DNA of 64,000 nucleotides from an uncultured delta proteobacterium (lineage in GTDB: Bacteria; Desulfobacterota; Binatia; UBA9968). This document shows positions 1 through 9,735 of this stretch, one piece after another. The DNA is taken from positions 185,969 through 249,968 of the forward strand of contig CAWJBB010000027.1 in the NCBI GenBank assembly GCA_963840855.1, read 5' to 3'. The translations under genes and the position numbers were made by a program. Position 1 is the first letter of the stretch. Every line of letters begins with the position of its first letter. The notes beneath the pieces were generated by a model, which worked only from the letters and a program-made list of their open reading frames with translations, had not been told where the DNA came from and did no database searches.

Positions 1-348
1 GCTGCGGTCGAAACCACCACGTCGGCGAATGCTCCGTTGGTGCAGAAATTACAAACCTCGGCTGGAACGGTCGTGACGTGGGGGGTAGTCTTCGGCGGCG
101 ACACAGCCCTCGCCGACGCGAAGCATGAGATTCAAACAATTGCGCCAAAACTGGGATTAACAAACGCGGCGATTTATTACCGACAAGGTTCCTACCGCAG
201 TGTGGCAACCACGACCGACAGATTACAGGCGGAGCGGCTCTTACTAAAGGCAAAAGAACGCCGGAAGGATTCCTACATCGTCAATATGTCCACATGGTGT
301 CGAGACGCTGCGGAGAAAAACGGCTATTTCGAGTGTGGAAGCTCTTAA
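1..348 (+). CDS. Hypothetical protein, 3' part (5' end probably outside window), possibly SPOR-like C-terminal domain
   Basis: Frame open from window start to TAA at 348; C-terminal WC...C pair; domain call is a weak pattern match. Confidence 0.5.
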   Translation, partial: AAVETTTSANAPLVQKLQTSAGTVVTWGVVFGGDTALADAKHEIQTIAPKLGLTNAAIYYRQGSYRSVATTTDRLQAERLLLKAKERRKDSYIVNMSTWCRDAAEKNGYFECGSS

Positions 349-367
349 AGGATATGACTCTTCAGCG

Positions 368-587
368 ATGTGCGGCCGCTACACGTATTTTCCCGGCGAA
401 TTTTCCGACCTTAGGCACCTGGAAAGTCGATTCAGTCATCTCGCTGTTAAAACCCCGATATAACATCGCTCCGACTCAAGAAGCGCCCGTAATCGCCCAA
501 GTGGGCGGCAGGCGAACCCTCGAGGCATTCCGCTGGGGATTGATCCCATGGTGGGCCTACTCCAACGTTCCGTTCCGTACCTCCTGA
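368..587 (+). pseudogene. SOS response-associated peptidase (SRAP/YedK) remnant, frameshifted and truncated
   Basis: ATG TGC GGC CGC TAC = MCGRY at 368 (SRAP N-terminal catalytic Cys motif); another frame gives PRYNIAPTQ...RWGLIPWWA then stops after ~70 codons. Confidence 0.85.
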
Positions 588-663
588 TCTCCTCTACCTT
601 TCGATATATATCGAACAGCATAGAAGAATATATCTCCCGATCAATTGTTTTGACGCTGGGACA

Positions 664-708
664 GCTGTCATCTTAAGCCACGTGTGGAAACCAGATGACA
701 GCGTTTTT
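664..708 (+). terminator. Possible intrinsic terminator hairpin
   Basis: GCTGTCATCT / AGATGACAGC 10-bp stem followed by GTTTTT; large loop. Confidence 0.4.
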
Positions 709-852
709 CAGCCGCGTCAACTCTTTGGTTTGGAGAAGAGGAAGACGGAGTCCCTCAGGTCGGGTTGAGCCATACACGCTCGCGGGCGGATGAATCCGGA
801 AACTTTGTCTGCAATATCGTGATCAAAACTTAGCGGGGAAAAGGAGGAAATT

Positions 853-1836
853 ATGAAATGTAAAATGAGTATCGTCGTTGCCATGACGCTGCTTCTAGGT
901 TCTGTCCAGTTTGCAGGAGCGCAACAGCGGAAGATTCCTGTAATAGGTTATCTAAGCGGCGGCTCAGCTTCTGCTGCCGCGCCACGGGTTGACGCGTTCC
1001 GCCAAGGACTGCAGGAGCTAGGTTACAATGAGGGCCAAAACATTGGAGTTGAATATCGATACGCGGACGGGAACTTAGACCGGATGCCCGACCTCGCAGC
1101 TGAACTGATCCGTCTCAAAGTTGATGTCATTGTGGTGGGGAGCGAGCAGGGAACTCGTGCAGTCCAGCAGCAAACTAAGAACACTCCGATTGTCTTTACG
1201 GCGAGCGGCGATCCGGTGGCTTCGGGGTTTGCCGCTAGTCTCGCCCGCCCGGGAGGAAACATCACGGGGACGACTTCGTCGGGCTCGTCGGATGCAGTCC
1301 TAAAACGAATTGAGCTGCTGAAGGAAGCTGTCTCAAAACTTTCTTACCTTGGGGTCGTTTGGAATCCAGGCAATTTACGTCAGAAACAACAGTTCAAAGA
1401 AGCCGAAGGCGCTGCCAAGACTTTAGACCTTAAGGTTCAATCCGTGGAGCTAGAGCGGCCTGGGGACTTGGAGAACGCCTTTGCTGCCATCACCAAGGAA
1501 CGCCCCAATGGACTGTTAGTCTTTCGGTCACCGATTGTCTCGATCCACGCAAAGCGCATCACGCAATTTGCCGAAAAGAACCGACTGCCAACCATGTTCT
1601 CGTATCACCAGCACGTCGAAGACGGAGGACTTATATCCTATGCGCCTGACCTGCTCGATTTGGACCGGCGCACCGCCGTTTATGTGGATAAGATCCTGAA
1701 AGGTGCGAAGCCGGCTGATCTCGCTGTGGAGGGACCAAAGAAGTTTGAGCTGGTCATCAATCTCAAAACCGCCCAGCAGATCGGATTAACGATTCCCCCA
1801 GCCGTTTTAAAGCGAGCGGATAAAATCATCAAGTAA
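853..1836 (+). CDS. ABC transporter substrate-binding protein (ABC_sub_bind, Trp/Tyr-type)
   Basis: Signal peptide; GFAASLARPGGNITG, YVDKILKGAKPADL, FELVINLKTA motifs; AAGGAGG RBS. Confidence 0.92.
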   Translation: MKCKMSIVVAMTLLLGSVQFAGAQQRKIPVIGYLSGGSASAAAPRVDAFRQGLQELGYNEGQNIGVEYRYADGNLDRMPDLAAELIRLKVDVIVVGSEQGTRAVQQQTKNTPIVFTASGDPVASGFAASLARPGGNITGTTSSGSSDAVLKRIELLKEAVSKLSYLGVVWNPGNLRQKQQFKEAEGAAKTLDLKVQSVELERPGDLENAFAAITKERPNGLLVFRSPIVSIHAKRITQFAEKNRLPTMFSYHQHVEDGGLISYAPDLLDLDRRTAVYVDKILKGAKPADLAVEGPKKFELVINLKTAQQIGLTIPPAVLKRADKIIK

Positions 1837-1886
1837 TCATAAATTTTCACTTAGGCAGGAAGGCAAAGATAGGAGCAGACAGCGCT

Positions 1887-2402
1887 ATGAACAAAATCAA
1901 AATCCAAAATGCAAGAGGAAGGCAAAACGTCATTGAAAAGAGAAAAACGATCGCGGCAAGGGGTTCACTGGTCTACAATCACGCAGCATCAAGAATCAAG
2001 ACGCGGTTCTCTATTCTCGTATTCTTCCTGATATTTGGGATGAGCGGATACGTGAGCGCTGGAACCGGACCGGTGCTTCCCGATTATGAAAATGAGGCAC
2101 GAATGGTCTTTCAAGGGATGTGCGAGGGCGGAAAGGTTTCGTATAGCACCTACTACAAACAAGGCGGCTACGTTCTGGAGGCAGCGCGGATTCAACCGGA
2201 GGGGTTTTTCTATTTCATGAAGCGTTACAGGGGAAAGGAAGAAGGTTGGGAGGAACGTTATTTCAGACAGGTGAATAGCTCCGCAAATCTGCGCGAACTC
2301 GCGCATGAAGAATGGGACGAAAACGTAAAGCGGGCGAGCGTTAACTATTTCAACAAGCTCCACGATCTCCAGACGACGTGCACAAAACTGCTGGTTTCGT
2401 GA
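1887..2402 (+). CDS. Hypothetical exported/membrane-anchored protein
   Basis: 171-aa ORF, AGGAG RBS, hydrophobic segment SILVFFLIFGMSG; no recognised domain. Confidence 0.65.
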   Translation: MNKIKIQNARGRQNVIEKRKTIAARGSLVYNHAASRIKTRFSILVFFLIFGMSGYVSAGTGPVLPDYENEARMVFQGMCEGGKVSYSTYYKQGGYVLEAARIQPEGFFYFMKRYRGKEEGWEERYFRQVNSSANLRELAHEEWDENVKRASVNYFNKLHDLQTTCTKLLVS

Positions 2403-2755
2403 AAAAGAGGTAAGAGAAATGAAATGGGCCACTGCGTCCGGTCTGGTGTCGAACAGAAGGCTGTAGGTCACTATATATCAAAAAGAAGCAAAGAAGGAAA
2501 AACTATGAGAAGCAGCTTCAGATCTTTTCTATCTGTCGTAGCACTGGTTGCAGGTATAGCTTTGAGCGAGGCGCAAGCGCAAGAAACACGCGACTGGATA
2601 ACAATAGAATTGGAGGCGGGAAATTATAGGTTGTCTTCGTATGAACAGAACGGCCTCTACTATTGCATGCTCGATTTCACTTTAGGGACCCACCCGATTT
2701 CAACGAAGGGGACCACTGAAATCAGCGGAGCGAAGCGACGAAGCGATTTTGACTT

Positions 2756-3526
2756 TTACACTGAGCCTCCCTGGTTTTTCAATCCCGATTTTTTCTCTGC
2801 AAGTTTTTCTCTATAGGATTTCTCTCCTTTCAGAGTGATTTTCTGAGATGGATGAATCAGCCGATCCACAATGGCTTCGGCGATCACCGGATCTTCAAAC
2901 AGTTTTATCCACCCCTGGGGCTCGACCTGGGAGGTGACAATGAGGGGAGCCTTGCGGTAACGCTCTTCGAGGATGTCCATCAGGGAAGTGGCCTCCTCGT
3001 GGGTGTAGTTTCTTAGCCCTAAGTCATCGAGGATTAAAACCTTGGCCTTGATGAGACTACGGATGTAGTTGAGGTAACGGCCGGCGGCCCTGGCGGCCTG
3101 GATTTCCTCGAACAGGAAGTTGACTGGCAAGAACTGAGTGGGATGGCCTTCCTGGCACAGCCGTTTACCCAAGGCAATGGCGAGATGAGTTTTACCCAGG
3201 CCGGTTTTTCCAAGGATCAAAAGATTCTCCTGGTTATGAAGGAAGTTTAATTCACAGAGCTCTTTGATCTTAGCCTTGGTCAGATCCTTGTGGAACGCTA
3301 AATCTAAGTCTTCCAGATCGGCGCGGAACCGAAAGCGGGCCTTGGTCATGAGCGCCTTAGCGGTACGGTCTTTGCGCGACAACAGTTCATCTTCGAGCAG
3401 GAGTCGGAGGAACTCCAGGGGATGGAACTGCTGGGACAAAGCGATCTGGGCTTGTCGTTCGCAGGCTTCATGGATGCCGAACAGGCGCATCTGGTGCGAG
3501 AGGGCTCTGACTTGATCAAGCATCAT
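2756..3526 (-). CDS. istB: IS21 helper ATPase IstB
   Basis: Walker A GKTGLGKT, Walker B LILDDLG, AIVDRLIH. Confidence 0.95.
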   Translation of the reverse strand: MMLDQVRALSHQMRLFGIHEACERQAQIALSQQFHPLEFLRLLLEDELLSRKDRTAKALMTKARFRFRADLEDLDLAFHKDLTKAKIKELCELNFLHNQENLLILGKTGLGKTHLAIALGKRLCQEGHPTQFLPVNFLFEEIQAARAAGRYLNYIRSLIKAKVLILDDLGLRNYTHEEATSLMDILEERYRKAPLIVTSQVEPQGWIKLFEDPVIAEAIVDRLIHPSQKITLKGEKSYREKLAEKKSGLKNQGGSV

Positions 3527-3689
3527 GGTGGTGCGACCTCTTGGTGAAAGGGCTGTTTTTGGGGGAACCCCAGGTATCAACCGAGCCGAGATCGTCGTTT
3601 ATAGGGCTTATACGGAGGCCGTTTTTTCCCGCTTGCTTGTCTGGATGATTAAAAATGGCTTTGCGGCTGGATTTTAAGCTCGTGCTCAT
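3516..3689 (-). CDS. 57-aa ORF between istA and istB
   Basis: Hand-translated MSTSLKSSRKAIFNHPDKQAGK...SHHHDA; ATGA overlap with istA stop, GGAGGAGG RBS, stop overlaps istB start. Confidence 0.5.
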   Translation of the reverse strand: MSTSLKSSRKAIFNHPDKQAGKNGLRISPINDDLGSVDTWGSPKNSPFTKRSHHHDA

Positions 3690-5203
3690 AGGATTTCCTC
3701 CTCCACCGAAGGCAAGGACGGTTCTGGATCCGAGTCCGAATCGGCGCCGTATTGGTGCAGATGAACGGTATCGGGCTTTCTCTTTGGGGTAAGCAGCGTC
3801 GGTCTTTGACCGTGGGCGACAAAGTAAAGGGCGCAGTCTTTGATGTAGGCGAGCCGTGTTTTGTTGAAGCTCAGGGCGCGCTGGCAGGCGTGGTCCAGAG
3901 CTTGAGGGGTGACGGGATAGCGTTTTGAAAGCCGCAAGATCCCTTGGACCCGCCGTAGATGGCGCAGCGGATGGTGGCCCGAGAGCAGCTGGTCGACCAA
4001 CTTCTCGACATGGGGGCCGACCTGTTTGGCTTGCTGTTGGGCGTGACGGATTTCGAAGCGCGCTACGCTAAGCTTTTTTTCTGGATAATGGAAATCATAG
4101 GTGGAGAACTGTCCGATGCCCCTAAGTCTTGGGTGCGCGGTAAGGCATTGGCTGTCCTCGCTGAAGAGTTCGACGATTTTCTCCGTGAGTCTGACCCGGA
4201 CTATTTGGCCGACGTAAACAAAGGGGACCGAGTAGAAGTTTTTTTCCACCTGGACATGGCAGTCGGGATGGACTTTAGCTTGCCGCCACTCGCTGAGCTC
4301 GAAGGGCGAAGCCGGCAGGGCTTTTAACTGCTTTTTCTCTTCAGCGAAGCGCTGGGAGCGGCTCACCCCATAGTCTTTCATCACTTCGTAGTTGAGCCGC
4401 TGTAGATAGTCCCGCAGCGTTTGATTGAGCTCGGGGAGCGAATAAAAGACGCGGTTACGGACCTCCTGGAAAAAACTCCTTTGGACCACTCCGATGTGGC
4501 TTTCTCCCGAGCCCTTGTCGCGGGGCTTTCGGGGCCTGGCCGGCAGAACAGCAAAGCCCATGTGATTGGCAAAGTCACAGTAGGTGGCATTGACATCGGG
4601 GTCGTACAGATCGGCCTTGTGGACACCGCTTTTGAGATTGTCCACGACCACGTAGGGGGTGATCCCACCAAAGTAGGCGAACATGCGGCTCTGGACCCCG
4701 ATAAACGTGGCAAGCTTTTGATCTAGAACGAACTCGCCGAAGAAATACGAGCTGAACGGCAACACGCCTAAGAAAAACTGTGTGAGAGTTTTATGGCCGG
4801 TGACCGGGTCGGTGAGAAACAGACCGTCACAGAAATCGATCTGGGTTTTTTCCGCGGGCTTATGATCGAGCCGGATCGTCACTTGATCGGGTGAGGCCTG
4901 CGCACTGACCTTCTCCCGAAACGCCCGCCAAAACTTTACGTACGCGATATCGGGGGCCACTTCCCTCTGGATCTGCTTGACCGTGGTCCCTTTGCCATAG
5001 ACTTCCTGGCGGACATACTCCCAGTCAAGCGTCTCCATCCAGCCGCCGATCTCAGAGGTCGGTTGTGGGGCTGGTTCCAAGAACTTGCGCACGGTTCGGC
5101 GCGAAAGCCTCAGTATCCGGGCGATGCTGCGAATGGAATGCCCTTGTTCGGACAGAATTTTGATTTGCGCTTGCATACGAACGCTGGTCCTCTCTTTGGC
5201 CAT
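3686..5203 (-). CDS. istA: IS21 DDE transposase IstA
   Basis: N-terminal HTH, QIDF, VVDNLKSGV, PRKPRDKGSGE motifs; GGAGGAGG RBS before MAKERTS. Confidence 0.95.
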   Translation of the reverse strand: MAKERTSVRMQAQIKILSEQGHSIRSIARILRLSRRTVRKFLEPAPQPTSEIGGWMETLDWEYVRQEVYGKGTTVKQIQREVAPDIAYVKFWRAFREKVSAQASPDQVTIRLDHKPAEKTQIDFCDGLFLTDPVTGHKTLTQFFLGVLPFSSYFFGEFVLDQKLATFIGVQSRMFAYFGGITPYVVVDNLKSGVHKADLYDPDVNATYCDFANHMGFAVLPARPRKPRDKGSGESHIGVVQRSFFQEVRNRVFYSLPELNQTLRDYLQRLNYEVMKDYGVSRSQRFAEEKKQLKALPASPFELSEWRQAKVHPDCHVQVEKNFYSVPFVYVGQIVRVRLTEKIVELFSEDSQCLTAHPRLRGIGQFSTYDFHYPEKKLSVARFEIRHAQQQAKQVGPHVEKLVDQLLSGHHPLRHLRRVQGILRLSKRYPVTPQALDHACQRALSFNKTRLAYIKDCALYFVAHGQRPTLLTPKRKPDTVHLHQYGADSDSDPEPSLPSVEEEIL

Positions 5204-6137
5204 CAACTGGATCCTCCTCCAGTTGGCCAAGGTAGCATCGTTCGTCGCTTAGCTCAGAAAACGAAGGGTACCACCTGAAATGGGGTGGGTCCCTTCCGTG
5301 AAATCAGGTGGGTCCCTTCGTTGAAATTGGGTGGGTACGTTCCGTGAAATCGGCCAATTGCAGCAGCCAAGACCGGAGGATAGTCGGTACCCAATACGAA
5401 AATGGATACGTACTAATAATATTTGAGAGTGACGCGCCTCGTTTTTTCAAGGAAAAAGAGATTGCTCCAGGTTTGCTTGCGAAACTGAGGGCGATTGAGA
5501 TTGAGCAATTTTACAGCGTACTTTGTATCCATTCTTTTTTTCGTGACGATTGGCAGAAGCGTTACGATGCGGAACGGACGGTAACTGACAGATTACTGAA
5601 TATAAGAAAGACGGGCAAGGAGCTTGTAGCGATCCCGTAGAAAACGTCAATACTCGAACTCATCGACTCTTCGGCGCAATATACGCATTCTCTGTTGACG
5701 CCGTGTGCGTGCTATGTGAGCATGAGCCGGAGTTAAGGCTCCTCCAATCAACTTTCCGCTAGTTTCCAAGAAGCCGCGTTAACCGATCTGCCAGCCGGTA
5801 TCCCGCCAGAATCATCCTTCGATCACCAATCCGGCTCGCGTTAACAACGTAGCCCACAGGAAGCACGGGAGCCGCTGCGAGCGCCGGAGTTAGGGAGGCC
5901 GTAAGGGAGCTATAGCAGGATTGCCGCCAGAAATTGGAGGGCAAAGCCGATAAGTAAAAGAATAATCGAGTAGTCTGTATAGGAATTTTAACCCACCTTT
6001 TTTTCTGGCCTGAGCAATATCGCCGGACCGGTGGGATGTCAATCGTCTTTCTGTTTGATGAAAATCGCTTGCGCATTAAACAGGTACTGTCAAAAATCTC
6101 TCTTGCTTTCGTCCGTGATAATTGTTACAAAGTACAA

Positions 6138-6335
6138 ATGACACCTGCACAAGTTAAGAAGCTAAGAGCGGCGCTCGGATTGACGCAGCAAGCGCTTGCC
6201 GACTTGATATCGGCGTATCGCGAGACCGTCGCACGGTGGGAAGGCGGAACGAGCAGGCCGACCGGGGCATATCTCAAATTGCTCGAACAATTGGCGGAAA
6301 AGGCGAAACGAAGTAGGCGGAGCAGGGGCAAATAA
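6138..6335 (+). CDS. XRE-family HTH protein (HigA/MqsA-like HTH)
   Basis: MTPAQVKKLRAALGLTQQALA...TVARWEGGTSRP. Confidence 0.85.
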   Translation: MTPAQVKKLRAALGLTQQALADLISAYRETVARWEGGTSRPTGAYLKLLEQLAEKAKRSRRSRGK

Positions 6336-6357
6336 ACGACCAGGGAAAGGGGAAAAT

Positions 6358-7529
6358 ATGGAGCAACAAAAATTTAAAAAAATACCGGAAGTGAACGGGG
6401 AGCCGACGCCGGGGCTTCACGAGCGCTCGTATGACACGAAGCGCAAGCGGGCGGTTTTGTACTATGACGTTTTCACCGATTGGAAAGGTATCCGTCGGCG
6501 CTTCCCTTTGGCGGCAACCTGAAAAAGGCAGTGCAAAGGCTTCGCGAGTATGAAAAAAAGAACGACGCCGAGCACGATTTCGACGAAGCCAAAACGCGCC
6601 ACATGGCTTTTTCGACATGGGCCGATAAGTGCAAGAGCGCGTTCAAGTCGCGAGACCATAGCTTGTTGCCGCACCTGAAGGAGTTTTTCGGTTCCACGGA
6701 ATTGCGGAACATCGGCGACACGGACCTGACCGACTACCGGGCGGCGCGCCAAGCCGAGAAAGTATCGAAGCGCGGCAAGGAAACGGGAAAAACCACGTCG
6801 CCGACGACCGTCAACAAGGAACTGGCACTGCTCAAAAAACTCTTGCGGTTGGCGCACAACAAGGAACTAATCAGGCGCGTTCCGCAGTTCAAGATGGAAC
6901 CGGAGCCGAGCCGGGACAGAACCCTGAAGGATTATGAATTCAACAGGCTTTTGGAGAATTCACCGACGTGGCTTCAGCGCGTCATGATATGCGCCACCGA
7001 AACGGCGTTGAGTCGCGGTGACTTGCTTTCGCTCGATTGGGCCGAGGTGGACCAAGTAAAGTGGCTTATCCAACTGAAGGGCGGGCGGGAAAAGACAGAG
7101 GTTCGCCAGGAAATCCCAATTCGCACGGCGCGGTTGACGGCGTTGTTCAACGAACTGGACGCCGAATACAAGTCGACGAACCCGGAAAACGTTGTGTCGA
7201 CCATCAAGGGCAAAAAAATCAACACCAAGGGACTTGTGTTCACCATCAAGGGCAAAAAGATCACGCCGATGCAAATACGGTGGGCGCTGCAAAAGGCGTG
7301 CAGGGCGGCGAAGATTACCGACTTCACTCTTCACGACTTCCGCCATTGCGCCATAACGATGTGGCACACGATGCACGTTCCGGTATCGGCGGCGATGAGA
7401 GCGGCGGGACACTCCTCCGTGGCTTCGCACAAAAAATATGTGAACATGGACATGGACGGCGTGATAGACGCGTTCACCATTTGTGAACAGAGAAAATCGG
7501 AACCTACCAGAAAACCTGCAAGCGCTTGA
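6358..7529 (+). CDS. Tyrosine recombinase/integrase (one frameshift near 6505)
   Basis: MEQQKFKK...DWKGIRRRFP start at 6358 joins the 6480 frame; TVNKELALLK, SRGDL, HDFRH, GHSS..SHKKY catalytic R-H-R-H-Y pattern. Confidence 0.9.
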
Positions 7530-7659
7530 TTTCTTTGATGTTCCAGACGGAACGCAAACCCCTAACATCGGCATAGCGGGCCGGCAATGCTGCTGGGAGG
7601 ATGACTCTACAGAGGCGGGTAAAAGGCGAGCCTGCGCCGGGACGAATCCGTGGCGGCGC

Positions 7660-8628
7660 TCAAGCGCCCTTGCGCTTTTTTAGCTCTTCGATGAGCTGGG
7701 GAACGATCTTAAACAGATCGCCGACGACGCCGAAATCCGAATACTGAAAGATTGGCGCTTCGGGATCTTTGTTGATCGAGATGATGGTCTTGGAAGTCTT
7801 CATGCCCGAGAGATGCTGCACCGCCCCGGAAATGCCGACAGCGAAATAAATATCGGGCTTCACCGTCTTGCCGGTCTGGCCGATCTGCATGGCGTAGGGC
7901 ACCCAGCCGGCATCCACCGCCGCTCGGCTGGCGCCGATGGCGCCACCCAGCACATCGGCAAGCTCTTTCAATATTGCGAAGTTTTCCTCGCCCTTAAGCC
8001 CACGACCGCCGGAGATGACCATCTTGGCCCCTTCCAACGAAGGACCTTCGCGCTTCACCGTGACCCGTTCTTTCATGTGGACTTTGCGCAGCGATTCATC
8101 GGCGGGCGCCGAAACCTCCTCGATGTCCGGCGCCTGCTCGCTGACCCTGGGCTCAAACGATTTGGGCCGCACCAGCAGCAATTTCGTTCCCTGGCTCACC
8201 AGCGTGCTCGTATTCTGGTAACTTGCGCCCAGGGCGGGAATCGTCGCTTCGACGCTGCCGTCTTTGAGCTGGAAATCGCCGACATCGGTAATCGCGCCGC
8301 AATCGAGCCGAGCGCTCAAGTTGGCGACCAAATCGCGGCCGGCGTAGCTGGATGCGAACAGCATCACCGCAGGACTATGCTTTTGAATCAGGCCGGCGAC
8401 GGTCTCCGCCGCGGGCAAGGTCAAATAGTCTCGATAAACCGCGTCCCCGCTCCGATAAATCTTGCTCGCGCCATGCTTGGCGAGCGTCTGCACGGCCTCA
8501 TCCGGCGCGGGGCCGAGCAAAATCGCTTCGGCTTTCCCAACTTCCGCTGCTTTGGCAAGCATCTCCAAAGAGGTCGTGGTTAGCTTGTCGTCGCCAATTT
8601 CCGCGTAAACCCAGATTACGTCTGCCAC
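7660..8628 (-). CDS. etfA: Electron transfer flavoprotein alpha subunit
   Basis: [35 protein letters not shown]. Confidence 0.96.
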   Translation of the reverse strand: MADVIWVYAEIGDDKLTTTSLEMLAKAAEVGKAEAILLGPAPDEAVQTLAKHGASKIYRSGDAVYRDYLTLPAAETVAGLIQKHSPAVMLFASSYAGRDLVANLSARLDCGAITDVGDFQLKDGSVEATIPALGASYQNTSTLVSQGTKLLLVRPKSFEPRVSEQAPDIEEVSAPADESLRKVHMKERVTVKREGPSLEGAKMVISGGRGLKGEENFAILKELADVLGGAIGASRAAVDAGWVPYAMQIGQTGKTVKPDIYFAVGISGAVQHLSGMKTSKTIISINKDPEAPIFQYSDFGVVGDLFKIVPQLIEELKKRKGA

Positions 8629-9408
8629 TTAGATCACCTTGATTTCAGCTAAGAAGTCCGCGATCTGCTTGCCGCCCTCGCCTTCGTCGGTAACCACCTT
8701 CCCGGCTTCTCGCTTGGGCGGCCGGCCGATGGTGAGAACTTTTTCCCGCGCGCCTTTTTCGCCCACTTGATCCGGCGCCAGGCCCAAATCGGCCGCGCTG
8801 TAAACTTTGATCTCTTTTTTCTTCGCCGCCATGATGCCCTTGAGCTGCGGATAACGCGGTTCGTTGATGCCGCTGCTGCACGCGACGAGGGCGGGCAACG
8901 TCGCCTCCACGAGGTCGTAGCCGGCCTCGCTCTGACGCTTGATGCTGATTTGCTTGCCATCGACCGTGATTTCTTTGGCGAAGGTGAGGGGCGGGAGGCC
9001 CAATAGCCGAGCTATTTGTCCATGGACTATACCGGAATAACTATCCCCGCTTTCCGTCGCGCAAATGACCAGATCGAATTCTTGTTTTTTGATTGCCGCC
9101 GCCAGTAATTTCGCCGTGCCGAGTGTGTCGGAGCCGGCGACAGCGTCGTCGAGAATATGCACCGCCGAGGCCACCCCCATCGCCAAAGCGTTGCGAATTC
9201 CGATGGTCGCGTCGCGGGTCCCCATGGTGACCAGCGTCACCGTGCCGCCATGCTTTTCCGTGAGACGCAGACCTTCCTCCACGGCGCTCGCCGCCATAGG
9301 ATCGAGCTCATGCGGTACGCCCTTGCGCACCATGCGTTTGCTGTTGGCGTCGAGCTCGATGATGACCGTGGCCTGGGGAATGACTTTACCGCATACGACG
9401 ACGTTCAA
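8629..9408 (-). CDS. etfB: Electron transfer flavoprotein beta subunit
   Basis: ALAMG, DTLGTAKLLA, INEPRYPQLKGIMAAKKK; adjacent to etfA. Confidence 0.95.
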   Translation of the reverse strand: MNVVVCGKVIPQATVIIELDANSKRMVRKGVPHELDPMAASAVEEGLRLTEKHGGTVTLVTMGTRDATIGIRNALAMGVASAVHILDDAVAGSDTLGTAKLLAAAIKKQEFDLVICATESGDSYSGIVHGQIARLLGLPPLTFAKEITVDGKQISIKRQSEAGYDLVEATLPALVACSSGINEPRYPQLKGIMAAKKKEIKVYSAADLGLAPDQVGEKGAREKVLTIGRPPKREAGKVVTDEGEGGKQIADFLAEIKVI

Positions 9409-9529
9409 TGTTTCAGCCTCCGTCTATATTGACTTTCGGCCCTTGGATAAGACAAAGGCGCCGTTGCGGTCCGGGCGCCTTGTCCAAATGAAAGCTCGCC
9501 TATCGACCAGCGAGCGGTTGGCAAATGAT

Positions 9530-9721
9530 TTACGACCACCACTCTTTGACGTTGCCTTCCATGACCACGTCAAGAATTTCCTTACAATCCGCGATCGCCT
9601 GGTCGACGATTTTCGGATCGTCCTTGAGATGCGGTATGCCGGTGCCCACCGCTTTCTTCAAGGCTTGAATAAATTCCTTGAACTGCTCGTCCAGTGCTTC
9701 GGTATTGGGCGCTGCTTGCAT
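9530..9721 (-). CDS. Small helical hypothetical protein (63 aa)
   Basis: AGAGG RBS before MQAAPNTEALDEQF...EWWS; appears fused to the upstream gene only through a frameshift. Confidence 0.65.
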   Translation of the reverse strand: MQAAPNTEALDEQFKEFIQALKKAVGTGIPHLKDDPKIVDQAIADCKEILDVVMEGNVKEWWS

Positions 9722-9735
9722 GGTCGTCCTCTGAT

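Larger units (their letters stand above)
2668..5356 (-). mobile_element. Complete IS21-family insertion sequence (2689 bp)
   Basis: Terminal IRs TGCTCGATTTCAC / TGGCCGATTTCAC, subterminal ~20-bp repeats (GATTTCA..GAAGGGACCCACC) at both ends, 6-bp TSD ATTGCA at 2662-2667 and 5357-5362, istA and istB. Confidence 0.95.
2505..5640 (+). pseudogene. Secreted hypothetical protein (146 aa when reconstructed) interrupted by IS21; halves 2505-2667 and 5363-5640
   Basis: Removing the IS and one ATTGCA copy fuses ...NGLYYC to SSQDRR... in frame; signal peptide MRSSFRSFLSVVALVAGIALSEAQA. Confidence 0.85.

Noticed and set aside
5274-5356. ~20-bp direct repeats as a CRISPR array
   Set aside because: No spacers; these are IS21 subterminal transposase-binding repeats mirrored at 2668-2720.
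5700-6130. Short repeated words (GCGTTAAC, GCCGGAGTTA, CCGCCAGAA) upstream of the XRE gene as an ncRNA or operator array
   Set aside because: Only pairs of short matches with no coherent structure; insufficient support.
7530-7660. tRNA/tmRNA attachment site after the integrase
   Set aside because: No T-loop/CCA or cloverleaf pattern visible on either strand.
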